Virus record (IMG/VR): IMGVR_UViG_3300037247_001890
Coordinates: 96,001 to 160,000 of that record
Reading direction: 5' to 3' (one strand)
DNA length: 64,000 nt
DNA from: a virus
Numbering within the stretch: the first letter of the stretch is position 1; the number at the start of each line of letters is the position of its first letter. The position numbers were made by a program, and so were the translations under genes. The notes below the pieces were generated by a model. The model saw nothing but the letters and a program-made list of their open reading frames with translations. It had not been told where the DNA came from and did no database searches. This document shows, piece by piece, positions 50,382 to 58,089 of this stretch.

Positions 50382-50615
50382 ATGAAAGTAAGAATTATAA
50401 AAGCCAATGGGGTAAAAGAATTTAACAAAGGTATTAGTCTAGAAGAGTTTAACAAATTAATAGGACAAAATATGGACTATGTTACTAGCACAGATGGGAC
50501 AACCGGATATTTCAATACTTATACAGACTCTGGCACAAACAAGATGGATTATACATACTCATCGCCAACTGGAACTGAAAATCCATTTTTTGCACATATT
50601 TATTCAACCAGTTAA
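50382..50615 (+). CDS. Hypothetical protein
   Basis: 77-aa ORF after the promoter. Confidence 0.5.
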   Translation: MKVRIIKANGVKEFNKGISLEEFNKLIGQNMDYVTSTDGTTGYFNTYTDSGTNKMDYTYSSPTGTENPFFAHIYSTS

Positions 50616-50876
50616 TTGTTAATGACTAATCAAAAATCATTTGAAGTCGAACTTTATAATGTATTAACGTTTAATTCTGGTGAACCTGACTTTATAGAAA
50701 ATACAAATGATAATCTGAAAATTAAAAATGCAGTAATCATTAGCATGGGATGGAAACCAGACAATCATTGGCAAAGCTTTTTATGGGGAATGCTAAAGCA
50801 TTCTTTTATAAGAACACATTTTGATTATTTCGATCGCGCAGAAAAATATTATAAAGATAAAGATAAAGAAAAATAG
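50616..50876 (+). CDS. Hypothetical protein
   Basis: 86-aa ORF. Confidence 0.5.
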   Translation: MLMTNQKSFEVELYNVLTFNSGEPDFIENTNDNLKIKNAVIISMGWKPDNHWQSFLWGMLKHSFIRTHFDYFDRAEKYYKDKDKEK

Positions 50877-50882
50877 TTTTTC

Positions 50883-51665
50883 GTGGATAAATATTTAAAA
50901 GATGTCGGGAAAACAAAGCTTTTCACAGCTGAAGAAGAGCGTAAAGTAGCTTTACGCGCACAAGCTGGAGATCGAAAAGCTAAAGATGAGCTTATTGTCC
51001 GAAATTTGCGATATGTGATTGACGTCGCAAAAGGCTATCAAAGACAAGGATTACCACTAGAAGAACTAATTGCAGAAGGTAATTTCGGTATTTGTAAAGC
51101 AGCCGATCGATTTGATCCAGGCAAAGGAATGAAATTTATAACCTATGCTGTTTGGTGGATACGACAAAGCATTTTACAAGCTCTCTCCGAAAACACACGT
51201 GTTGTACGCATTCCCATAAACAAAATAAATGAAATACAAAAAATTAGAAAAATAATGGAACGAGAAATGCAAAAGAAAGGAGACTCGTCTCCTTCTGAAT
51301 ACAAAGTAGATCCTGACGTTCTTGAGATGTATTCTGCATTTCCTGTACGATTAGATTCAGAAACTGCTTCCGAACAACCAATGATCGAGTTATTTCCTAA
51401 TAAAGATGCTGTACCACCAGATTCAAAATTTGAGTCTGAATCTTTGAGAATAGATCTAGAAACGATATTGGAAAATTTAGACAATAGAGAAATAGAAATT
51501 CTAAAATATTATCACGGGGTTGATGAATTCCGCCCTTTCACATTAGAGGAAATAGGAAATATTTTAGGTTTGACCAGAGAGAGAATACGACAAATAAAGA
51601 AAAAATCTTTAAAAAAACTACGACGTAATCCCCGTTCTCGCAATTTACTAGACAAATATATCTAA
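50883..51665 (+). CDS. RpoD/SigA-like sigma factor (short, no region 1.1)
   Basis: DKYLKDVGK..L, NLRYV..VAK.YQ.QGLPLEELIAEGN.G, FDP.KG.KFITYAVWWIRQSI, TLEEIG..LGLTRERIRQI. Confidence 0.92.
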   Translation: MDKYLKDVGKTKLFTAEEERKVALRAQAGDRKAKDELIVRNLRYVIDVAKGYQRQGLPLEELIAEGNFGICKAADRFDPGKGMKFITYAVWWIRQSILQALSENTRVVRIPINKINEIQKIRKIMEREMQKKGDSSPSEYKVDPDVLEMYSAFPVRLDSETASEQPMIELFPNKDAVPPDSKFESESLRIDLETILENLDNREIEILKYYHGVDEFRPFTLEEIGNILGLTRERIRQIKKKSLKKLRRNPRSRNLLDKYI

Positions 51666-51677
51666 CCAAAATAATAG

Positions 51678-53516
51678 TTGAGCGTACTATTTATTGACAC
51701 CAAGGATGCTTTCACTGATTTGCTGAAAGCAGTTCGAAGGTTGGGTAATACACCAATAGCTTTAGACACTGAAACTACAGGTCTAGATCCCTTCACTTCA
51801 AAAATATTATTAATACAGCTTGGAACCGAACAAGGTAACCAAGCAGTAATAGATGTGGAAAAAACATTATTTGCACATCCGGATTTACAACCGGAATTCA
51901 AAGAAGTAATGGAAGATCCACAACAAGTTTTCATATTGCATCAAGCAAAATTTGATTACAAAGTACTTAAACATCATCTTAATATAGAACTTTTACATTT
52001 AAGAGACACCATTGTAGCGGCGCATTTGATTAGAGCCGGCATACAAAAAAAGGGGTTCGGATTAGATGATCTCCTAAAGGATTATAATATCGCTGATTTG
52101 TCCAAGTCAGTAAGACAAACTTTTATTAATCACAAAGGACCTTTCACAGACAAACAAATACAGTATTCTGCGGACGACGTGACCTATTTACACAAATTAC
52201 ACAAAGTCTTAATGATGGATATCATAGATTTAAGATTAGATTCAGTTTATAATATGGAATGCGAAGTAATACCAGTCACGGGTGACATGGAATTAAACGG
52301 ACTTCATCTGGATTTTGCAAAATGGAGTGCTCTTGAGGCCATAGCAAAAAAAGAGAGTTTAATAAAAAAAGAAGAATTGGACAAATATTTTCTTCCATAT
52401 TGTGATAAAGATCTGTTTGGAGATCCTATAATTAATTATAATTCTCCTTTACAGCTTAAACCAATATTAGAGAAAATTTTAAAGCGTAGCATTACTGGGA
52501 CTGGAAAAGAAGTTTTAGAAAGAATTCTTAATCCAGCAGTAAGAGCTTTGTTAAAATACAGGGAATATGAAACACGAGTAACCCGCTATGGTAGTGCTTT
52601 TTATAAAGAACATAAGCACTCAGTAACCGGGCGAATACATCCAACCTTCATACAAATAGGAGGTACTGACTCTGGCCGTTACTCTAGCCGTGATCCTAAT
52701 GCCCAAAACATACCACGTGAAACCGCATATCGCGCTGCATTTACTGCGGAACCAGGCCGGAAAATAGTAGGTTCTGATTATGGTAGTATGGAACTGGTCC
52801 TACTTGCAGAATTCTCTAAAGATCCAGAATTTAAGAAGATATTTGATCTGGGGTTAGATGCCCATGGTCACGTAGCCACGATGATTATGAATAAACTGGT
52901 TATCGAAAAAGGCAAAAAATATCTTGATAAAGACGGAGTCGTACAAACAGCAACAGAAGATGTTAACGCTGATTTACGACCTGTCGGAAAAAATATTAAC
53001 TTCGGTGTAGCATACGGATTAGGACCAACCAGATTGGCCAATTCGTTGGAAGTAGAATATGAAGAAGCAAAAGAATTGCTTGCAAAATTCTGGAAAGCAT
53101 TTCCAAAAGTAAGAATATTTTTAGAGGCCAGAGCAACGGAATCTCTAGAAAACGAATGTGTCAGATGTTATATGGACAATCGTTTAAGGTGGCTTAAAGG
53201 CTTTAACCTAAGATTACCTAAGCAGCGAGCACACGCAGCCAATATAGCAAAGAACATGTCTTTACAATCGGGTAATGCAACTATAACCAAAAAAGCATTA
53301 TTTTTAGTGAAACAAGAAATTAACAAAAAAGGATGGGCAGATGATTGTTTGATTATCTCCACTATCCATGATGAAATACTACTAGAAGTAAAAGAATCAA
53401 TAGCCAACGACGCGCGTGATATGCTAAGTTCTAAAATGTTAGAAGCCGCACATTTGTGGATTAAAAATACACCTGTAATAGCAGATGCGTATGTATCTAA
53501 CCACTGGGTAAAATAA
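51678..53516 (+). CDS. polA: Family A DNA polymerase (3'-5' exonuclease + polymerase, no 5' nuclease)
   Basis: LDTETTGLD, HQAKFD, YSADD, SGRYSSRDPNAQNIP, DYGSMEL, R..GKNINFGVAYG, IHDE. Confidence 0.92.
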   Translation: MSVLFIDTKDAFTDLLKAVRRLGNTPIALDTETTGLDPFTSKILLIQLGTEQGNQAVIDVEKTLFAHPDLQPEFKEVMEDPQQVFILHQAKFDYKVLKHHLNIELLHLRDTIVAAHLIRAGIQKKGFGLDDLLKDYNIADLSKSVRQTFINHKGPFTDKQIQYSADDVTYLHKLHKVLMMDIIDLRLDSVYNMECEVIPVTGDMELNGLHLDFAKWSALEAIAKKESLIKKEELDKYFLPYCDKDLFGDPIINYNSPLQLKPILEKILKRSITGTGKEVLERILNPAVRALLKYREYETRVTRYGSAFYKEHKHSVTGRIHPTFIQIGGTDSGRYSSRDPNAQNIPRETAYRAAFTAEPGRKIVGSDYGSMELVLLAEFSKDPEFKKIFDLGLDAHGHVATMIMNKLVIEKGKKYLDKDGVVQTATEDVNADLRPVGKNINFGVAYGLGPTRLANSLEVEYEEAKELLAKFWKAFPKVRIFLEARATESLENECVRCYMDNRLRWLKGFNLRLPKQRAHAANIAKNMSLQSGNATITKKALFLVKQEINKKGWADDCLIISTIHDEILLEVKESIANDARDMLSSKMLEAAHLWIKNTPVIADAYVSNHWVK

Positions 53517-54199
53517 TGAAAAATATAATAATTGTAGGAAAGATGTGCAGCGGCAAAACCACTGTCGCTGACTATCTTATTAAAGAAATCTCTAATGGCA
53601 AAAAACTTACTTTGGCTGGTCCTATATATGATCTGGTTGATAATTTGGAAGACACAGATTGGAAAGTTCTCGTAGATGCATATATTTTGCCTTATTATGA
53701 TCCTCGCGACAGCATACAACAAAAATTGGGTATGGATATTTCTGAGGAATTTTATCTAACATGGAGAAAAATTCTTTTTGAAACAAAATTCATCCCTAAG
53801 GAAAAGCCAAAATCTAGAAAAAGACTGCAATTCCTTGGTACTGATGGCGCGAGAGAACGGATAGATGACAAAATATGGATCAAGATTGCTGCTGAAAAAG
53901 CAAGACAAGAACCAGATACAACTTGGATAATAGAAGATTGTAGATTTAAAAATGAATTTGAATGGTTCGAAAAAGCTGGATGGCAGCCGATATTTTTGCA
54001 TATGTCTAAACAAACACAAGAATCTAGAATTAAACATCTCTATGGCAAATTTAATAAATCCATTCTTGAGCATCCATCGGAAGCGGAAATAGATAATATT
54101 CGGATACCAACTGAATGCATAGTAGATTCTAATCAATGTATAGCAAATATGCTACATGACGTAAGGGACTTCTTATGGAGAAAAAAGATCTTTTCTTAG
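53516..54199 (+). CDS. Deoxynucleoside monophosphate kinase-like
   Basis: GKMCSGKTT, LAGPI, RKRLQFLGTD..R, IEDCRFKNE, HPSE. Confidence 0.8.
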   Translation: MKNIIIVGKMCSGKTTVADYLIKEISNGKKLTLAGPIYDLVDNLEDTDWKVLVDAYILPYYDPRDSIQQKLGMDISEEFYLTWRKILFETKFIPKEKPKSRKRLQFLGTDGARERIDDKIWIKIAAEKARQEPDTTWIIEDCRFKNEFEWFEKAGWQPIFLHMSKQTQESRIKHLYGKFNKSILEHPSEAEIDNIRIPTECIVDSNQCIANMLHDVRDFLWRKKIFS

Positions 54200-54771
54200 A
54201 TGTAGACGGCTGCATATTGGATTTTGAATATGCATATACGCCTATACTCGAAGCAGAAGGTCTTCAATTAAATGATGATGATTACCAACAATGGGATATC
54301 TTAAAAACAAGAGGCTACACAAGGAGACAAGTATATCGACTTGTGGTGAGAACCTGGGAATCTGATTATTTTGAAGATCTTCCATATATTTCTGGTGCCA
54401 AAAATTTCTTAAAATGGGCATCACAAGAATACAACATAATATATAATACTACCGTTCCAGAACTATATCATGAAAAAAGAATAAAAAATTTAAACAAACT
54501 TGGCATTCTTGATGATGTAGGGGCTTACATTCGATTCGCAAAATCACATAGAGACAAATCTAGAATTGTCGGAAGTTCTAATAATAGCATTGCTTTTATA
54601 GATGATAAACCTAAAAATGTTTCTGCTGTAAAAGAAGATTGGCCCAACATACTATCTATTTGGTATAATCATGACGGACTTATGAATGTCTATGATTATG
54701 ACCCTGAACCAGATTATGAAGCACATTCATGGTTAAAAGTAAAAAGAATTCTACAAAAAGAAAATGGCTAA
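54175..54771 (+). CDS. HAD-family 5'(3')-deoxyribonucleotidase-like
   Basis: LDVDGCILDF, FEDLPY..GA, FIDDKPKNV. Confidence 0.8.
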   Translation: MEKKDLFLDVDGCILDFEYAYTPILEAEGLQLNDDDYQQWDILKTRGYTRRQVYRLVVRTWESDYFEDLPYISGAKNFLKWASQEYNIIYNTTVPELYHEKRIKNLNKLGILDDVGAYIRFAKSHRDKSRIVGSSNNSIAFIDDKPKNVSAVKEDWPNILSIWYNHDGLMNVYDYDPEPDYEAHSWLKVKRILQKENG

Positions 54772-55115
54772 TATTTCTTAGGAATCCTCAATTTCAAATG
54801 AAACTCGTTCCTAAATCTCAGCGTATAACAAAAACAGATGAATCATTAATAGGTCAGACAATTATTAATTGCTATGAAGGGAGTCGTTATAAATTAACCA
54901 TCAAAAATATTTATATTGATGAGAAAAAACAACTTTGCATAGAATGCATAGACAATGATCAAAGACTAAGAACACTGTTAGCAAAGGATTGCAAACTTAT
55001 TCAAAAAAATAAAAAACCTGGAATAAGAAAAAAGACTTCTAGGTCTTCTAATTCAAAATCTCCGACAAAGGTAATTAAAAGAAAAAGAAGAAAGACCAAG
55101 AAATCTAATACTTAA
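54729..55115 (+). CDS. Hypothetical protein with Lys/Arg-rich tail (start uncertain)
   Basis: C-terminal KRKRRKTKK. Confidence 0.5.
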   Translation: MVKSKKNSTKRKWLIFLRNPQFQMKLVPKSQRITKTDESLIGQTIINCYEGSRYKLTIKNIYIDEKKQLCIECIDNDQRLRTLLAKDCKLIQKNKKPGIRKKTSRSSNSKSPTKVIKRKRRKTKKSNT

Positions 55116-55143
55116 TATTATGTTTCGTAATAAATAAAGTATT

Positions 55144-55239
55144 CCTGCTCATCACTCCTAGAGCCTTCTGGGCATACGTCCACCTAATAGGGAGCCTATT
55201 AGGCGTACGCTTACCCTTCAGGCCTACGAGATGAGCAGG
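55144..55239 (+). ncRNA. ~96-nt rod-shaped structured element (candidate ncRNA; strand inferred)
   Basis: cctgctcatc/gatgagcagg outer stem and cctaatagg-gag-cctattagg apex; GC-rich intergenic DNA. Confidence 0.55.
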
Positions 55240-55341
55240 CAGAGGCACAAACCAAATGTTTAATTAAGCTGGAAAGATAAAAAAAGAAAAATGTGGGCAA
55301 GTCGGAGAGCCCAACCATTTTTCTCTTACTATCAAAAAACA

Positions 55342-55536
55342 ATGGAAATATTATTTATAAAATTTAATGATATAAATGGAAATAGTTATACAATGAATAT
55401 ATCCGAAATATTGATGATAGCGAATAGAGATAGTGACATAGAAGTAATCACGATATATGAGGATAGTATTATGATAGATCAGGAAACTTACAAATCTATA
55501 GATAATGCATTAGATAACAAGAAATTACTAATTTAA
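55342..55536 (+). CDS. Small acidic hypothetical protein (start moved to MEILFIKF)
   Basis: The upstream 17 codons of the track ORF coincide with a hairpin. Confidence 0.5.
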   Translation: MEILFIKFNDINGNSYTMNISEILMIANRDSDIEVITIYEDSIMIDQETYKSIDNALDNKKLLI

Positions 55537-55551
55537 GGAAAAATTAAGTTA

Positions 55552-56310
55552 ATGGCAGAAACTCAGCTACACCAACACCTGGCGGCCGAGCCCAATATTA
55601 AGGCAAAAGAGCTCGCGCTAGGTAAAGAAACAGAACATACCTTAAGCAAAAAAGCACATCACTTTGTGGGTAATGTTCGTACATACCAGCCAAAAGAGGA
55701 TACTGGTGAAAAATTTCCGGATGAGCTTGAACCTCTCGTAACTACTGTACCGGAAAAATTACAATATTATTTGGATTCTCTTTCAGACCTAATAAGTCAT
55801 TCAGTTGTAAAAGAAGAGACCAATGCTACTGCTATCGCAGATCTTATTTATGATAAGAAAGTCATAAAGAAAGACGTACATGCAACGGCTTTATTGACCC
55901 TGGAAAATAAATTAAAAGGATTAAGATCTAAATTGATGGCCATTCCTACCCTGGATCCAAAATATATGTGGAACTGGAATAAAGATCAAAATTATTACCA
56001 AACAGATCCAATCCAAACTCTGAAATCTAAGAAAGTTCCAACAGTTTTAGTTAAGTATGAAGCGACAGATAAGCATCCGGCACAGACTGAATTGATTCAT
56101 GAGGATCAAACAGTTGGAATATGGACAACAACAAAGCTTTCTGGAGCAATTTCGTCAAAAATGAAATCCGAAATATTGACTCGCTACGACAAGTGGGAAT
56201 TAGCTGTAAAAGATGCCCGTCAAAGAGCCAATAACGCGAAACTTGTTGTTGACGGAAAACTCGGAGTTGTTATTACTGATAGCATTCTCCATGGAACTTT
56301 ACCAATATAA
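55552..56310 (+). CDS. Uncharacterised 252-aa protein; candidate partner of the downstream RNA
   Basis: QLHQHLAAE...GNVRTYQPKED.GE..P...ATALLTLE..L...IPTLDP...YEATDKHPAQ...VG.W....LSGA...AVKDARQRAN. I recall this pattern as a conserved hypothetical family; unverified. Confidence 0.75.
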   Translation: MAETQLHQHLAAEPNIKAKELALGKETEHTLSKKAHHFVGNVRTYQPKEDTGEKFPDELEPLVTTVPEKLQYYLDSLSDLISHSVVKEETNATAIADLIYDKKVIKKDVHATALLTLENKLKGLRSKLMAIPTLDPKYMWNWNKDQNYYQTDPIQTLKSKKVPTVLVKYEATDKHPAQTELIHEDQTVGIWTTTKLSGAISSKMKSEILTRYDKWELAVKDARQRANNAKLVVDGKLGVVITDSILHGTLPI

Positions 56311-56519
56311 ATGACACTAGACTCAAGCTAAGACTCAGACTAAAAATCCTGTTTTTGTTTGTAAGAGGTAAATAGGTAGATCCAGTACCAACTTCCATAT
56401 GGAAGTTCGAAAATTCTAACCGTTAGCTTCTGAAGACAATATAAATCAGTTTTAAACTTAGACTTTGTGTCCAGACTAATACTGCAACACGCCTAAAGTA
56501 ACCGTTTGTATTTTTTTCC

Positions 56520-56604
56520 ATCAAAACAGGGGTTCGATTCCCCTCCGCGCCTCCAGGTATGAACACGTCACATACGGCGCGGTCGTCTAGCGGTAAGACG
56601 TGAT
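56520..56604 (+). ncRNA. Circularly permuted tRNA-like domain (YrlA/Y-RNA-like order: T arm, acceptor, D arm)
   Basis: T arm agggg-TTCGATT-cccct (56528-56544); ccgcgcc-T-CCA (56545-56555); linker hairpin; ggcgcgg (56576-56582); D arm gtct-AGCGGTA-agac (56585-56599); closed by atca/tgat. No anticodon loop. Confidence 0.85.
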
Positions 56605-56709
56605 CGTTTCAGACTAAACAACAAACTGGTGAAAATTCAACTAGACAGGCATAAGCGGTGAGCTCTCAAACATCAACTAACACTTGAAATTTGATTGATT
56701 TCATACTTT

Positions 56710-56751
56710 GCGCGCGGCATACTCGGGGTACGAGCAGCTGCGCGCTTTTTT
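56710..56751 (+). terminator. Intrinsic terminator
   Basis: gcgcgcggc...gctgcgcgc followed by TTTTTT. Confidence 0.75.
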
Positions 56752-56773
56752 ATTTAAAAGGAAACAAATATTA

Positions 56774-57433
56774 ATGGCAAAAACAATAGGTGACACATAC
56801 ATAGCGATCGTTTTAGACGGTAGTGGATCTATGTCAGGAGACATACAGACAACAATTACAGGTGTCAACGAGATCATAGATTTAATGAAAGCTGAAAAAA
56901 CAAAACTTGCTGGAAAAGTGAAAGTATCTTTGGTTGTATTCCGCAACCGTGAAGGCGAAGTAATTTATTTTAATGAAGACGCCGATAAAGCCTCTCATTT
57001 GGACAATGAAAATTATATACCATCAGGATCAACCCCTATGTATGATGGTATAGGACAAGCAATAAAATTAATTGATGGGGTTATCAAAGACGATGATGCA
57101 GCACTTGTCTATATTTTTACAGACGGCTGGGAGAATAGTTCATCAATTTATAATAAAGAAGACATCAATTCTTTGATTGAAGAACGCGAAGAAAGTGGAA
57201 ATTGGACGTTTGTATTTCAAGGGATAGAAGGTCTCGATAAACAATTGGATTTAAATTTTGCTACGAACAATGTTATGTCATATAGCGACTCTGCTGGAGG
57301 ACGTAAATGGGCATACCAAGAAACTGCTAAAGGACTCCAATCATATTTTGATTCAAGACACAAGGGATACACGCAAGTCTCAAATTTTTACGATCCGGAC
57401 AAGCGAACGTTCGAAAATAAGAAAAAGGAATGA
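56774..57433 (+). CDS. Stand-alone vWA domain protein (start moved to MAKTIGD)
   Basis: IVLDGSGSM (MIDAS DxSxS), GSTPMYDGIG, IFTDGWENSS, WTFVF.G; SD AAGGA before 56774. Confidence 0.88.
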   Translation: MAKTIGDTYIAIVLDGSGSMSGDIQTTITGVNEIIDLMKAEKTKLAGKVKVSLVVFRNREGEVIYFNEDADKASHLDNENYIPSGSTPMYDGIGQAIKLIDGVIKDDDAALVYIFTDGWENSSSIYNKEDINSLIEEREESGNWTFVFQGIEGLDKQLDLNFATNNVMSYSDSAGGRKWAYQETAKGLQSYFDSRHKGYTQVSNFYDPDKRTFENKKKE

Positions 57434-57468
57434 AAAGTACTGGTATAATTACCAGTACACCTAACCCA

Positions 57469-57597
57469 CGGGGGTAGTTTAAAAAAGACTAATCAAAAAC
57501 GCAATGCAGTGTAAGCCCTGAAGCTGGGAGCCTATCCGTTAAAAAAGGCAGGTTATACGGCAGCGATGAGACGCGGAGAAGCGTTTTCCGTCCCCCG
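57469..57597 (+). ncRNA. ~130-nt four-arm structured element (degenerate cloverleaf-like)
   Basis: cggggg/cccccg closing stem; tagttt/agacta; long gtgtaa/ttatac arm; gagacgc/gcgtttt. Confidence 0.5.
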
Positions 57598-57626
57598 AAA
57601 GTATAATAATTTATTCTAAGAAACTT

Positions 57627-57838
57627 CAAGCTCGTGGGTATTATGTAGTGCCATTCGAGGTTATCTACGTATACCCTAGAAGTCCGTAATGGTGGTAAAT
57701 TGCTTCAAGAAAAGCACATCCCACGGGTCGGAACCCTGGGCCTCGAAGAGATTCTTACCATGGACATGGTAATCGTCCACCAGTGAATTGAGGGGATCAA
57801 AACTTGTGTGAAGCGGTTAAAATCCGCAAACGAGCTTG
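57627..57838 (+). ncRNA. ~210-nt multi-stem pseudoknotted RNA (raiA-motif-like architecture suspected)
   Basis: P1 caagctcgt/acgagcttg; gggta-tatgtag/ctacgta-taccc; loop ttcgagg pairs with cctcgaa (57741-57747); ggtgg/ccacc encloses three hairpins. Confidence 0.7.
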
Positions 57839-57862
57839 TTTATAATAAGGAGATATTTTTAA

Positions 57863-58084
57863 ATGGGTGCTAAAACACAAAAAGTTGGTGGTGGGAGCAA
57901 AAAACTTGGGCGAGATAAAAAGAAATGCGAACGATATAAGCTTGCAAGAAAAAAGGAAAAGAATAAAGAAAGAAAAAAACTCCGCTATGAGCTAAAAATG
58001 GAAAAGGCAAAAGCAGGCAAATTGAAAAGAAAAAAGAAAAAAGAACGGGCGAAAGCAGAAGCGTCTGTTCCAAAAGAAACATAA
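57863..58084 (+). CDS. Small Lys/Arg-rich basic protein
   Basis: SD AAGGAG; extremely basic 73 aa, flanked by structured RNAs. Confidence 0.65.
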   Translation: MGAKTQKVGGGSKKLGRDKKKCERYKLARKKEKNKERKKLRYELKMEKAKAGKLKRKKKKERAKAEASVPKET

Positions 58085-58089
58085 GATGC

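Larger units (their letters stand above)
56311..56751 (+). ncRNA. ~440-nt candidate ncRNA with hexamer-phased AGACT repeats and a permuted tRNA-like domain
   Basis: Non-coding gap between two genes; repeats at 56319-56348 and 56442-56484; tRNA-like core at 56520-56604; ends in a terminator. Confidence 0.7.

Noticed and set aside
56520-56604. Canonical tRNA or two-piece tmRNA
   Set aside because: The arms are in permuted order with no anticodon loop. tmRNA needs G3.U70 and A73 and lacks a D stem, whereas this element has C3-G70, U73 and a full D stem. No tag ORF was recognised.
56708-56773. N-terminal 22 codons of the track vWA ORF
   Set aside because: They overlap a terminator hairpin; the SD precedes ATG 56774.
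57677-57810. RNase P RNA (agaagtccg ... caaaac)
   Set aside because: Lacks GAGGAAAGUCC/CGGCUUA P4 complementarity and the other conserved regions.
28336-58082. Minus-strand ORFs inside the replication block
   Set aside because: Antisense to genes with clear motifs.
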